NCBI GenBank assembly: GCA_963728915.1 | Contig: CAVSLV010000001.1 | Location: 384,001 to 448,000 of the forward strand | Source of the DNA: an uncultured Gemmatimonadales bacterium | GTDB taxonomy: Bacteria; Gemmatimonadota; Gemmatimonadetes; Gemmatimonadales; GWC2-71-9 | Direction: 5' to 3' | Length of the DNA stretch: 64,000 nucleotides | In this document: one piece after another, positions 1 through 12,927 of the stretch | How the letters are laid out: each line of letters opens with the position of its first letter | Position numbering within the stretch: position 1 is the first letter of the stretch | Translations under genes and position numbers: made by a program | Notes under the pieces: generated by a model | What the model was told of the DNA's origin: nothing | The model's input: the letters and a program-made list of their open reading frames with translations, nothing else | Database searches by the model: none

Positions 1-743
1 CGCCGGCCATCGTTCTCTCGCTGATCCCGTACCGGGAAACCTCGCGGATCATCCGGCTGGCCACGCGGGAGCTCGGGTTGCAGAGCGTGATCGCGAAAGG
101 GGCGACCCGGCCCCGGAGCCGGTTCGGCGCGGCGCTTCAGGTGTTCACCGCGGGGACCGCCACGATCCTGCCGTCCCGGAGCGGCGATCTTCACACCCTG
201 ACGGGCTTCGACGCCGAGCGGGTTAGGATCGGCCTGGGAGAGCGGCTGGACCGGTTCGCCGCGGCCTCGCTCCTCACCGAGCTGATGCTGCACTTCGCCC
301 CGGCCTCCCACCATCCCGAGAGCTTCGAGCTGCTCGACGACGCCCTGGCCATTCTCGAGGCGGCGCCCGCGGTCGCGGTCGAGCCGCTGGCGCTCCGATC
401 CCTCTGGCGGATGGTCGCGGTGCTGGGGTTCTCGCCCGCGCTGGCCGGATGCGCCCGCTGCGGCGCCGATCCCGGGGCGGGAGCGGCGTGCTTCTCGCCC
501 CAGGACGGCGGGCTCCTCTGCGTCCGCTGTGCCCGGGGCACGGTCGGGTCGCGACTGGGTCCCGGGGATCGGGCCGCGCTGCTCTCCTGGCTCGACCCCC
601 GGGCCGAGCTGCCGGTGCTCGACGATCGCCACCTCGCGGCGCATCGCCGCCTGCTCGAGCGATACATCCGGTTTCATCTCGCCGAAGGCGCGGCGCTCCC
701 CGCGCTCGCCTTCTGGGTGACGCAGGGCTGGCTCGCCGCGTGA
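1..743 (+). CDS. recO: DNA repair protein RecO (5' end truncated by window edge)
   Basis: Frame open from base 3 (PAIVLSLIPYRETSRIIRLATRELGLQSVIAKGA, RecO OB-fold); CARCG...CVRC zinc motif. Confidence 0.92.
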   Translation, partial: PAIVLSLIPYRETSRIIRLATRELGLQSVIAKGATRPRSRFGAALQVFTAGTATILPSRSGDLHTLTGFDAERVRIGLGERLDRFAAASLLTELMLHFAPASHHPESFELLDDALAILEAAPAVAVEPLALRSLWRMVAVLGFSPALAGCARCGADPGAGAACFSPQDGGLLCVRCARGTVGSRLGPGDRAALLSWLDPRAELPVLDDRHLAAHRRLLERYIRFHLAEGAALPALAFWVTQGWLAA

Positions 744-2572
744 TCATCGGCACCGCCGGGCACATCGATCACGGGAAGTCCGCGCTGGTGACCGCGCTCA
801 CCGGACGAGCGGTGGACCGGCTCATCGAGGAACAGCGCCGCGGAATCACCATCGATCTCAATTTCGCTCCCCTCCTGCTGCCGGGGTTGCCCCCTGCCGG
901 GATGGTGGACGTCCCCGGTCACGAGGACCTGGTCCGCACCATGGTCGCCGGAGCATCGGGGATCGACCTGGTGCTGCTGGTGGTCGACGCCGCGCAGGGG
1001 CCCGAGCCGCAGACCTGGGAGCACCTGGCCATCGTCGAGCAGCTCGGCATTCGCCGGGGGATTCCGGTGCTCACCAAGGCCGATCTGGTGGAGCCCGAGT
1101 GGCTCGAGCTGGTGAAGGCCGAGCTGATCGCGCGGCTGGGCGCCTCGCCGGTCGGCTTCACCGCGCCGGCGGTGGTGTCCGCCATAACCCGCGCCGGGAT
1201 CCCCGAGCTGCTGGACCGGCTGCGGGAGGAGGTCCAGCGGACCTCCTCTCCGGCCCCGGTCGCGCCGGACGGCTTTCGCATGCCGGTCGATCGGGCCTTC
1301 TCGATCGCCGGGACCGGAACCGTGCTGACCGGAACGCCCTGGTCCGGGGAGCTTCGGATCGGGGATTCGGTCCGTTTGCTGCCCTCGGGGCAGGAAGGGC
1401 GGGTTCGCTCCCTCGAGGCGTACGGGGCTCCGGTGGAATCGGCCCACCCGGGGCAGCGCGCCGCGATCGGCGTGGCGGGGCTCGACCGGAGTGCCATTCA
1501 CCGGGGCGAGACCCTGGTGTGCGAACGGCTGCCCTGGCAGGCCACCCCCGCGCTCGATGCCGAGCTCACCCTGCTGCCGGGGTCTCCGGCGCTGACCCGG
1601 CAGACCCGGGTTAGGGTGCTCCACGGAACCGCCGAGGTGCTGGCCCGGGTCTATCCCAGGAGCCCGATCGGGCCGGGACAGCGCGGCCTGGCCCGGCTCG
1701 CGCTGGAAGCGCCCCTGGTGGCCCGGGGCGGAGATCGGCTGGTGCTGCGGCGATACTCGCCCCTCGCCACCATCGGGGGTGGCCGCATTCTCGATCCCCG
1801 CCCTCCCCGGCGCGCCCCCTGGCCGGAGCAGCTGGCCCGGTCCGGGGAGGAGCATATCATCGCCCTGATCGAGCGACGTGACCATGCGGTGGCGATCGAG
1901 GACTTGCCGCTCCTGGTCGGAGCTAGCTCCCAGGCGGTCCAGCTGGAGCTCGCCAAGAGCCGGAAAATCCGCCGGGTAGGGGCGCTGGCGGTCACGGTCT
2001 CGTGGCTGGATCGGACCAGGCAGGAGGCCGTGTTCGCGGTGGATGAGTTCCATGTAAAACACCCCGAGGCCCCCGGGATTTCGCTCGAGACGCTCCGGCG
2101 GAGCCTCTCGGGGGACGCCAGGGTGATCGGCGGTGTGCTCGAGAACCTCGCCGCCCTGGGGACCCTGGTCGTTCGAGATGGCATCGCCGCCCTTCCCGGC
2201 TTTCGCCAGCGTCTCGCGGGGACGCCCGACCAGATGGAGGCGATCAGTCGGTTGCTCGACGAGGTCGGGCTCGAGCCGCCTACGGTCCCCGAATTGGAAG
2301 ACCGCCTGGGTCAGCGTGGGTTGAATGCCGTGCTCAGGAGGATGGCGGCGGAAAAGAAGGTGATCGCCGTTTCCGTGGATCGCTATTTCTCCACACAAGC
2401 GACCGAACGGTTCCTCAGTGAGGTACGCGATCTCGCCAAGTCAGGGCCAGTTACACCGGCAGCCCTCAGGGACCGGTTGGGGATCTCCCGGAAGTACCTT
2501 ATCCCCCTGCTGGAATGGTCGGACCGCTCAGGGGTCACCAAACGGGAGGGAGACTCCAGGGTGCTGGTGTGA
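740..2572 (+). CDS. selB: Selenocysteine-specific elongation factor SelB
   Basis: GTG at 740 overlaps the recO stop (GTGA); IGTAGHIDHGKS, RGITIDL, DVPGHE and TKAD G-motifs; C-terminal winged helix LGISRKYLIPLLEW. Confidence 0.95.
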   Translation: MIIGTAGHIDHGKSALVTALTGRAVDRLIEEQRRGITIDLNFAPLLLPGLPPAGMVDVPGHEDLVRTMVAGASGIDLVLLVVDAAQGPEPQTWEHLAIVEQLGIRRGIPVLTKADLVEPEWLELVKAELIARLGASPVGFTAPAVVSAITRAGIPELLDRLREEVQRTSSPAPVAPDGFRMPVDRAFSIAGTGTVLTGTPWSGELRIGDSVRLLPSGQEGRVRSLEAYGAPVESAHPGQRAAIGVAGLDRSAIHRGETLVCERLPWQATPALDAELTLLPGSPALTRQTRVRVLHGTAEVLARVYPRSPIGPGQRGLARLALEAPLVARGGDRLVLRRYSPLATIGGGRILDPRPPRRAPWPEQLARSGEEHIIALIERRDHAVAIEDLPLLVGASSQAVQLELAKSRKIRRVGALAVTVSWLDRTRQEAVFAVDEFHVKHPEAPGISLETLRRSLSGDARVIGGVLENLAALGTLVVRDGIAALPGFRQRLAGTPDQMEAISRLLDEVGLEPPTVPELEDRLGQRGLNAVLRRMAAEKKVIAVSVDRYFSTQATERFLSEVRDLAKSGPVTPAALRDRLGISRKYLIPLLEWSDRSGVTKREGDSRVLV

Positions 2573-2628
2573 AACCCTGCCGTTTTGGCTGGAATCGGGG
2601 GCATGGAAGATGACTGAAAGTTGGCTCT

Positions 2629-5248
<2,620 letters not shown>

Positions 5249-5256
<8 letters not shown>

Positions 5257-5716
5257 CCCTCCGGTTGCAGACGCCGATCTGGCCGGGATGCGCGCCGCCC
5301 TGGCGCTGGCCCGGCGCGCCGCGGAGCTGGGCGAGGTGCCGGTCGGCGCGGTCGTGATGGGCGACGGGGCCGTGTTAGGGGAGGCCCACAACGAATGCGT
5401 CGCCCGGAAGGATCCCACCGCCCACGCCGAGCTGATCGCGCTCCAGCGCGCCTTGGCGCTGACCGGGGCGGGCCGGCTTCCCGATGCGACGCTCTACGTG
5501 ACCCTCGAGCCCTGCGCCCAGTGCGCCGGGGCCGCGGTGCTGGCCAGGGTCGGGCGGGTGGTCTATGGCGCCACCGATCCCAAGGCGGGCATGGCGGGAT
5601 CGGTGGGGGAGTTGCTGCGGCACCCCGCGCTCAACCACCGCCCCGAGGTGATCGGCGGCGCGCTGGCGGAGGAGTGCGGAGCCTTGCTGGTGGAATTCTT
5701 CCAGGAACGACGGTAG
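5249..5716 (+). CDS. tadA: tRNA adenosine(34) deaminase TadA
   Basis: [23 protein letters not shown] and FF..RR C-terminus. Confidence 0.9.
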
Positions 5717-5717
5717 C

Positions 5718-8700
5718 TCAGGGCAGGGTCGCGAACAGACGCAACAGGTTGCTGATATCCACCGGCTTGGTGAAGTAGTGATCGATCCCGGCATCGCGCG
5801 CCCGGGCCCTGAGCTCCTCCTGACCGTACCCGCTCACCGCGATCACCTGCAGGGGCCGATCGCCGGCCTCCTCCCGGAGGGCCCGGGCCACTTCGATCCC
5901 GTCGCGCCCGGGAAGCCCGATATCCAGCAGGACGATGTCGGGGTGGATCTGCTTCGCGAGCTCGAGGGCGGTCTCGCCGTCCTCCGCGGTGTTCACCTGG
6001 TGGCTCGCGTGGCGGAGCAGCATGGAGAGGGTTTCCGCGGCGTCGGGATTGTCGTCCACGATGAGGATCCGCCGGCTTCGCGGGTGCTGGCCGGCCTGGC
6101 GGCGCTCGACCCGCTGTTCGGGAGGACGGGCCGGCAGGGGGACGTGCACCACGAACTCGGCCCCCTGGTCCGGGCCGGCGCTGCGGGCCTCCACGGTTCC
6201 TCCGTGGAGCTGCACAATGCTTCGCACCAGCGTCAATCCGAGTCCTAACCCGCCCTGCACCCGGTCCAGGGATTGCTCCGCCTGGATGAAGGGATCGAAG
6301 ATGCGGGGCAACAGCTCCGCGGGGATCCCTCGCCCCTCATCCTGCACCCGAAGCTCCGCGAAGCCCGGGGCCGGATGTTCGATCCGGGCCAGACGGAGCC
6401 GGATCACCCGGTCCGGGTCGCTGAACTTGGAGGCGTTGGTCAGCAGGTTGTCCACCAGCTGTTCGATCCGGACCGGATCGGCTTCCAGGTAGAGGGGCGC
6501 ATCGGGAATGTCCGCCTCGAGCTGCTGGCCCCGGCCCTCGATGGTCGGCCGGAACAGCTCGGTCGCTCGCCGGATGACCGCACCGAGGTCGACCACCTCG
6601 CGGTGGAGGCGAAGCTGCCCTCGGGAGATTCTCGAGATGTCGAGCAGATCATCCGTCATCCGGGAAAGATTCCGGATCTGCCGTTCAAAGATGCCTCGCA
6701 ACGAATCAATCCGGTCCCGGGTGATGTCGGGGGCGCCCAGCAGCTGGGACGCGTTGAGGAGCGGGGCGAGCGGGTTCCTGAGCTCGTGCGCCAACATCGC
6801 CAGGAACTCGTTCTTGGATCGGTCAGCGGCCTGGAGCTCCGTTTCGCGCTGCTTGCGCTCCTCGATCTCCTGCACGAACGCTACGCCGCTCACCGGCTTG
6901 CCGGCGGCGTCCCGCAGGGCAAAACCATGGACTTCGACCCAGATCGGATGCCCGCTCTTGTGGAGGTGGCGCCGCTCCTGCCGGTAGGAGGTGGTTCTGC
7001 CCGAGAGCACCGCCTCGGAAAGCTCGGCGGCGCGGAGGCGTTCCTCGGTGGGGAGGAACTCCTCGAACGGATGACCGATCAGCTCCTCCCGGGTGTAGCC
7101 CGTAATGTCGCAGTACCGCGGATTGACCTCCAGGTAGCGACCGTCGAGATCCACCTCCCGGATTCCCAGGGGCGCCTGGTCGTGCAGGACCCGGAGACGC
7201 TCCAGATTCTGGCGGACGCTCTCCTCGGCTTCCTTGAGCTCATGGATATCCACCAGCAGCAACACCACCCCCTCGATCCGGTTTTCCGCGGTGCGGTAGG
7301 GGCGGAGTCGCAGCGAATACCAGCGACCGCTCCGGTCCCGCACCACCTGCTCTCGCGAGGCGACCGTGCCCATCACCTCGACCAGCATGCCCTCGAGCCC
7401 GGGGAGGTCGATGTTGGGCTTGATGTCGGTGATCGGGCGTCCGATGTCGGTCGTGATCAGGTTGAGCAGCCGCTCCGCGCTCGGAGTGAACCATCGGATC
7501 CGGAAGTCATCACCCAGCATCACGATCGGAATCTGGACGCTGGAGATGAGGTTGGTGAGGTCGTTGTTACTGCGCGAGAGCTCCAGGTTCCGGTTACTCA
7601 GCTCGTCGTTGACGGTGGCCAGCTCTTCGCTGCTCGACTGAATTTCCTCTTTCGAAGTCTCCAGCTCCTCGTTGATGCTCTGGAGCTCCTCGTTGGAGGA
7701 CTGGACCTCTTCATTGGCCGACTGAAGCTCTTCGTTCGCCGTTTCCTGCTGTTCGATCACGGACTGGAGGTACTCCCGCGTGGCCGCCAGCTCCTGGCGA
7801 AGCCGAACCACCTCCGCGGCGGCCTTCTCGCCCCGCGGCAGCATGAGGCGCGGCAACTCGGTCGGCCTGGCGCGAGCCCGGGCCGTGACGGCGTCATCGA
7901 AGACGACCAGGAAGACCGGCTCCCGGATCGCAATGGAACGGACCGGGATGACCTCCACGCTGACCTTGCGTTGCGACCCATCCACCTCCAGGGGCAGGTT
8001 TTCCTGGCGGACCGGGCGCTCTTCCCGCTTGGCTTTGAGCAGGGCGGCCCGGACCCCGACCAGCAGACTCTCCCGCAGCATCTTGAGCAGGCTGAGACTG
8101 GCCCTTCCTGCCAGCGGCGCCACGTACGGACTGGTGTCACCCCGGTAATGCAGGATCTCGAACTCGGCATTGACCAGGACTCCGGGCGGGGCGTACCGAG
8201 ACAGAAGCAGCCGATCGGATTCGCGGTACGGGTCGATCCCGGCAACGGAGAGCTCACCGGGCTTGTCGGACGCGGGAGGCTTCTCCACCGGCAGTCGGTG
8301 GGCCAGGTGGACCAGCCCTCGGACCTGAGGCGGCACCGGATTTCGCTTGTAGAGCCTCTCCTTGGCGTCGATCTGTTCGAACAGATTCCGGTAGGAGCCC
8401 ACGGTCTCCGAATGCCCGAGCCAGAGGTACCCGCCGGGGTTCAGGGCGTAGTGGAGCACCGGAATCAGTCGCTGCTGGAGCGGACTGTCCATATAGATGA
8501 GGACGTTCCGGCAGGTGATCAGGTCGACGTGGGAGAACGGGGGATCCTGGAGGGCGTTGTGTCGAGCGAAGACCACCATGTCCCGGATCGCCTTGGTGAC
8601 CCGGTATCCACCCTCCGCCTCAAGGAAGAACCGGCGCAACCGCTCAGGCGACACGTCGTGCTCGATGCTCTTGGCATAGAATCCCGCCCGTGCCCGATCG

Positions 8701-9851
8701 ATCCCCGCGGAGCTCAGGTCGCTGGCGAAGACCTGTACCGTGATCGCGCGACCGGGACCCGCTGCGAACTCGGAAAACACCATGGCGACCGAGTAGGCCT
8801 CCTCACCGGTCGAGCAGCCCAGAACCCAGATCCGCACCGGCATCTGGCGGGATCGGTCCCGGGTCAGCTCCGGGAAGACCCGTTTCTTGAGGAGCTCGAA
8901 CCCCTCCGGGTTACGAAAGAAACTGGTGACATTGATCAGGATGTCCTGAAACAGCGCCTCGGCTTCCCCCGGTGTGGTGGTGACCAGCCTTTCGTAATCC
9001 TTGATCTCTTCGATCCGGTGGAGGACCATGCGGCGAGCGATTCGCCGGAGCACCGTATTCCGCTTGTAGTCGATGAAGTCGATGCCGGTCCGGGTTCGAA
9101 CCGCCTCCAGGATACCGGCGAGGCGATCCTCGGGCACCTCGACCGGCGGGGCTTCCTCCTGGGCGATCACCAGGGGATGCTTGCCGATCCGGACAATCTC
9201 CGCCGCGATTTGTTCGGGAGGGAGGATGAAATCGATACACCCGGCGGCGATGGCGCTCTGTGGCATGCTCTGCTGATGTGCGGATTCGTCCTGGGCGAAC
9301 GTGATGCCGCCCCCCGCCTTGATTTCCTCACATCCCCTGGTGCCGTCATTGGCGGTGCCGGAAAGGATGACGCCGATGGCCAGGTGCCCCTGTTCCCCCG
9401 CAAGGGTGGCAAGGAATCGGTCGATCGGATGGTAGCTGCCTTCCGAACGGGTCCTCGGGGTCAGGTTGAGCAAGCCGTCGGCCACCTCGAGACCGGCGCC
9501 GGGTGGGATCACATAGACGACATTGGGTTCGACCGGCATATCATCCTCGACCGTTTTGACCGGCATCGAGGTCGCCCGAGCCATGATGTCGCCGAGCAGG
9601 CTGGTCCGATCAGGGGAAAGGTGATGTACCAGGACGAAGGCCATCCCGGTGTCCGTCGGAAGCGCTTGAAGCAGCTGGGTGGAAGCTTCGATCCCACCCG
9701 CAGACGCTCCGATCCCGACTACGGGGAAGGGCAGCGCAGACTGAAGCCGGACCCGATCCTCGGCGGGGCTGGAATCAGATCTCGCGGGTTTGGGCGCGGC
9801 GACCCTCTGACGAGTTGGTGGCTTCGGATGGTCAGAGCGTTTGCGGGTCAT
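5718..9851 (-). CDS. CheB-CheR-PAS hybrid histidine kinase/response regulator
   Basis: CheB (GASAGG, HH, DG), CheR (VTSFFR, GCSTGEE, CRNVLIY), EELQS(A/S/I)N heptad coiled coil, PAS domains, HisKA AHELRNPL, HATPase GLGLGL, C-terminal receiver. Confidence 0.93.
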   Translation of the reverse strand: MTRKRSDHPKPPTRQRVAAPKPARSDSSPAEDRVRLQSALPFPVVGIGASAGGIEASTQLLQALPTDTGMAFVLVHHLSPDRTSLLGDIMARATSMPVKTVEDDMPVEPNVVYVIPPGAGLEVADGLLNLTPRTRSEGSYHPIDRFLATLAGEQGHLAIGVILSGTANDGTRGCEEIKAGGGITFAQDESAHQQSMPQSAIAAGCIDFILPPEQIAAEIVRIGKHPLVIAQEEAPPVEVPEDRLAGILEAVRTRTGIDFIDYKRNTVLRRIARRMVLHRIEEIKDYERLVTTTPGEAEALFQDILINVTSFFRNPEGFELLKKRVFPELTRDRSRQMPVRIWVLGCSTGEEAYSVAMVFSEFAAGPGRAITVQVFASDLSSAGIDRARAGFYAKSIEHDVSPERLRRFFLEAEGGYRVTKAIRDMVVFARHNALQDPPFSHVDLITCRNVLIYMDSPLQQRLIPVLHYALNPGGYLWLGHSETVGSYRNLFEQIDAKERLYKRNPVPPQVRGLVHLAHRLPVEKPPASDKPGELSVAGIDPYRESDRLLLSRYAPPGVLVNAEFEILHYRGDTSPYVAPLAGRASLSLLKMLRESLLVGVRAALLKAKREERPVRQENLPLEVDGSQRKVSVEVIPVRSIAIREPVFLVVFDDAVTARARARPTELPRLMLPRGEKAAAEVVRLRQELAATREYLQSVIEQQETANEELQSANEEVQSSNEELQSINEELETSKEEIQSSSEELATVNDELSNRNLELSRSNNDLTNLISSVQIPIVMLGDDFRIRWFTPSAERLLNLITTDIGRPITDIKPNIDLPGLEGMLVEVMGTVASREQVVRDRSGRWYSLRLRPYRTAENRIEGVVLLLVDIHELKEAEESVRQNLERLRVLHDQAPLGIREVDLDGRYLEVNPRYCDITGYTREELIGHPFEEFLPTEERLRAAELSEAVLSGRTTSYRQERRHLHKSGHPIWVEVHGFALRDAAGKPVSGVAFVQEIEERKQRETELQAADRSKNEFLAMLAHELRNPLAPLLNASQLLGAPDITRDRIDSLRGIFERQIRNLSRMTDDLLDISRISRGQLRLHREVVDLGAVIRRATELFRPTIEGRGQQLEADIPDAPLYLEADPVRIEQLVDNLLTNASKFSDPDRVIRLRLARIEHPAPGFAELRVQDEGRGIPAELLPRIFDPFIQAEQSLDRVQGGLGLGLTLVRSIVQLHGGTVEARSAGPDQGAEFVVHVPLPARPPEQRVERRQAGQHPRSRRILIVDDNPDAAETLSMLLRHASHQVNTAEDGETALELAKQIHPDIVLLDIGLPGRDGIEVARALREEAGDRPLQVIAVSGYGQEELRARARDAGIDHYFTKPVDISNLLRLFATLP

Positions 9852-9939
9852 GGCCCTTTGCGGTTGACCGGGCTTGAAATGGCCGAGCTATGCTACTGCT
9901 TCCGCCACCCGGACCGCAAGCAGGTGTGTGACCGGACTC

Positions 9940-10191
9940 TTAAAGCGAAGGGAATCCGACCGGTGACTGCGCCTTTTCCTCCGGCGGCGAGGGGGACTCC
10001 TGCCGTTCGATGAAGACCCCATGAGCGAGCGTCGCCAGAAACACCGCCGCGAACACCGAAACCAGAAAGATCGTGAGCCCGATCACGCTCACGGCGAAAC
10101 TCCCCGCCGCGAAAAACCCCGCGAGGACCGCGGCGAAGAACAGGAGCCAGGGTCGTGAAGGCGGCGTGCCCCCTGCCTCCGCATCGCTCAC
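9940..10191 (-). CDS. Small two-helix membrane protein, hypothetical
   Basis: GTG start overlaps the csbD stop; two hydrophobic segments. Confidence 0.6.
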   Translation of the reverse strand: MSDAEAGGTPPSRPWLLFFAAVLAGFFAAGSFAVSVIGLTIFLVSVFAAVFLATLAHGVFIERQESPSPPEEKAQSPVGFPSL

Positions 10192-10403
10192 CGGCGGGCC
10201 ACGGTGTCGAGGTCCCGCTCGAACTCCTTGACCTCGCGCTCCAGTTCATCTTTCGCGGTGCCGTAGCGCTGCTGGAGAATCCCGAGCAGCTGGTCTCGCT
10301 TGCCGGCGATCACGTCGAGATCGTCATCGGTGAGCTTTCCCCAGTGTTCCTTGAGCTTGCCGCGAAACTCGGTCCAGTGGCCCTCCACATGATCCCAGTT
10401 CAT
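10188..10403 (-). CDS. csbD: CsbD/YjbJ family stress protein
   Basis: MNWDHVEGHWTEFRGKLKEHWGKLTDDDLDVIAGKRDQLLGILQQRYG; purine-rich RBS before the ATG at 10403. Confidence 0.92.
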   Translation of the reverse strand: MNWDHVEGHWTEFRGKLKEHWGKLTDDDLDVIAGKRDQLLGILQQRYGTAKDELEREVKEFERDLDTVARR

Positions 10404-10579
10404 GACACCCCCCTTGTGCTGTTCACTCGAGTTGCGCCCATGGGCCAGATCCACGGGCGGCGCCGAAATCACGACGCCCTACAGGAAATGGGGACGGGAA
10501 GGGGCCGCTCGATTGCACGTCGGCGGTGTGAGCAGGTCGCCCGGGGATCGTTTCCCTGACAGAGCCCGAGCAGGAGGAG

Positions 10580-11452
10580 GTGGTGAATCCCGTGGCGAGA
10601 GGCATCTGGAAGGGCACCCTGGGCTTCGGCCTCGTGAACATCGGAGTTGAGCTCTACACCGCCGAGGCGCCGGAGCGGCTCGACCTGGACATGCTCGACA
10701 AGCGGAATCATGCCCGGATTCGCTATCGCAAGGTGAACGAGGCGACCGGGGAAGAAGTGCCCAACGAGGATATCGTCAAGGGATACCAGGTCGAGAAAGG
10801 GAAGTACGTCGAGCTTTCCAGCCAGGAGCTCAAGGAAGCCAATCCCAAGGCGACCCAGACGGTGGACATCATCGGATTCGTTCCGAAGGATGCGGTCCCG
10901 GCGATCTACTTCGCCAAGCCGTACTATGTCGGTCCGCTCAAGGGGAGCGAGAAGGCCTACGCGCTTCTCAAGGCGGTGCTGGAGCGCACCGGGCGGGTCG
11001 CGATCGCCAACGTGGTGATCCGGACCCGGCAGTACGTGGCGGCGGTGTTTCCCCTCGACGACGCCCTGGTGGTGCAGCTCCTCCGTTATCACGACGAGCT
11101 CAGGGAATTCGAATCCGGGGAGATCGACAAGGCGACGGAGGCCGCGAAGGCGCTTCGTCCCCAGGAGCTTCACATGGCCGAGCAGCTGGTCGGGAGCATG
11201 GACATGGAGTGGAAGCCGGAGGAATTCACGGATACCTTCCGGAAGGACGTGCTCAAGATGGTGAAGGCAAAGGCCCGGGGCGCGGTGCACCGGACGCCCG
11301 CGTCCAGGGAAGCTCCGGAGGAGACCTCGGTGATCGACCTGATGGCGGCGCTCAAGCGCAGCGTGGAAGCCCACGGGGGACCCAGGACCCGGCGGTCCCG
11401 CGGCACGGCGCACCGCCGGCCCTCCCGGGCCCGGGCCCGCAAGACCGCTTGA
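10580..11452 (+). CDS. ku: NHEJ DNA end-binding protein Ku
   Basis: RGIWKGTLGFGLVNI, IVKGY, VIDLMAALKRSV, basic tail; AGGAGG RBS. Confidence 0.95.
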   Translation: MVNPVARGIWKGTLGFGLVNIGVELYTAEAPERLDLDMLDKRNHARIRYRKVNEATGEEVPNEDIVKGYQVEKGKYVELSSQELKEANPKATQTVDIIGFVPKDAVPAIYFAKPYYVGPLKGSEKAYALLKAVLERTGRVAIANVVIRTRQYVAAVFPLDDALVVQLLRYHDELREFESGEIDKATEAAKALRPQELHMAEQLVGSMDMEWKPEEFTDTFRKDVLKMVKAKARGAVHRTPASREAPEETSVIDLMAALKRSVEAHGGPRTRRSRGTAHRRPSRARARKTA

Positions 11453-11453
11453 G

Positions 11454-11981
11454 ATGGGGCTCGCCGAGTACCGGAAGAAGCGGGACTTCCGCCTAACCCG
11501 CGAGCCCAGAGGCGAGACCGCCAGGGCCGCCTCCCGGCTCCGCTATGTGGTCCAGCATCACTTCGCCTCGCGGGAGCATTTCGACTTCCGGCTCGAGCTG
11601 GATGGCGTGCTCAAGAGCTGGGCGGTGCCCAAGGAGCCCGGGACCGGGCCCGGGGAGCGGCGGCTCGCAGTCCAGGTGGAGGACCATCCTCTCGAGTACG
11701 GCTCCTTCGAGGGAACCATCCCGCAAGGACAGTATGGCGCGGGCGAGGTCTTCATCTGGGACAAGGGAGCCTGGACTCCCGAGGGCGATGCCCGGGAGGG
11801 ACTGAAGCGGGGGAAGCTCGATTTCTCCCTGTCGGGCCGGAAGCTCAAAGGGGCGTGGACCCTGGTCCGCATGCGTTCCGGTGCCGGATCGAAAAAGCAG
11901 AACTGGCTCCTGATCCGGCGCGGCACGCCAAAGGCCGGACGACCGGCGCGGCCTGCCCCCAAGCGTGCCCACGCGAAGTAG
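11454..11981 (+). CDS. LigD 3'-phosphoesterase domain, stand-alone
   Basis: LAEYRKKRDF..TREP, QHH..REHFDFRLE, KSWAVPK, EDHPLEY, YGAG. Confidence 0.92.
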   Translation: MGLAEYRKKRDFRLTREPRGETARAASRLRYVVQHHFASREHFDFRLELDGVLKSWAVPKEPGTGPGERRLAVQVEDHPLEYGSFEGTIPQGQYGAGEVFIWDKGAWTPEGDAREGLKRGKLDFSLSGRKLKGAWTLVRMRSGAGSKKQNWLLIRRGTPKAGRPARPAPKRAHAK

Positions 11982-12927
11982 CGCGGTTCCCCGGTTCATT
12001 CGACCCCAGCTCGCCACGCTGGTCACCGAGGTGCCGGAGGGGTCGGAGTGGATCCACGAAGTGAAGTTCGACGGCTATCGCCTGATCGCGGTGATTGCCC
12101 GGGGCCGAGCCCGGCTCTTCACTCGAAAGGGCCTCGACTGGACCGCCCGATTCCCTGCCGTGGCCGCCGCCTGCTCACTGGTTCGCGCCCGGAACGCCGT
12201 CCTCGACGGCGAGGTGGTGGCGCTCCTCTCGGACGGCCGTTCGTCCTTCCAGGCGCTTCAGCAGGCGATGGGCGGCGGTGGTCGCCCCATTGTCTATTTC
12301 GCCTTCGACCTCATGGAGCTCGACGGTCGCGACCTGCGTCCCGAGCCGCTCGGCGAGCGAAAGAAGCTGCTGGCCGGACTGCTCCGAGGAAGGCGGGGGC
12401 CGGGAGCGCGGGCCCTGCGCTATTCGACCCACCTGGTGGGGCATGGTGAATCGGTTCTCGAGAAGGCGTGCCGGAGGGGACTGGAAGGCATCGTCTCCAA
12501 GCGCCGGGACGCGCCCTATCAGAGCGTGCGCGCCCGGACCTGGCGCAAGATCAAGTGTCAGAGTCGTCAGGAATTCGTGGTGATCGGCTTCACCCAGCCC
12601 AGGGGCTCGCGCTCCGGCCTGGGCGCGCTCCTCCTCGGCGTGCACGACGTTGGCCGGCTGGTCTACGCGGGAAAAGTGGGGACCGGCATGGGTGAGCTGC
12701 TGCTCCGCGGGCTCCGGGACCGGCTGGAGAGCATAACCCGCGCCTCCGCGCCGGTGGAAGGGAAGATCCGGGGCGCCGCCCAGGTGACCTGGGTCGAGCC
12801 GCGGGTCGTGGTCGAGGTGGCCTTCACGGAATGGACCGATGACGGCCGCCTGCGGCATCCCGCGTTCGTGGGGCTTCGCGAAGACAAGCCGGCCCGGGAA
12901 GTCCGGCGGGAGCGCCCGGTCGCATGA
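11965..12927 (+). CDS. LigD ATP-dependent ligase domain, stand-alone
   Basis: EVKFDGYR (KxDG), LDGEVV, FDL, EGIVSK, WRKIK, GRLRHP. Confidence 0.92.
   Translation: MPTRSSAVPRFIRPQLATLVTEVPEGSEWIHEVKFDGYRLIAVIARGRARLFTRKGLDWTARFPAVAAACSLVRARNAVLDGEVVALLSDGRSSFQALQQAMGGGGRPIVYFAFDLMELDGRDLRPEPLGERKKLLAGLLRGRRGPGARALRYSTHLVGHGESVLEKACRRGLEGIVSKRRDAPYQSVRARTWRKIKCQSRQEFVVIGFTQPRGSRSGLGALLLGVHDVGRLVYAGKVGTGMGELLLRGLRDRLESITRASAPVEGKIRGAAQVTWVEPRVVVEVAFTEWTDDGRLRHPAFVGLREDKPAREVRRERPVA

Noticed and set aside
2573..2628. Heat-shock operator (CIRCE/HAIR) upstream of clpB
   Set aside because: No matching inverted repeat visible.
7590..7760. 21-nt periodic repeats inside the CheBR kinase gene
   Set aside because: Explained by the EELQSxN coiled-coil heptads typical of this family.
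6273..10013. 1246-aa plus-strand ORF, and similar long ORFs (60532-63660, 49632-52193, 14439-16424, 24420-26567)
   Set aside because: Antisense shadows of well-supported genes, expected at high GC; no recognisable motifs.
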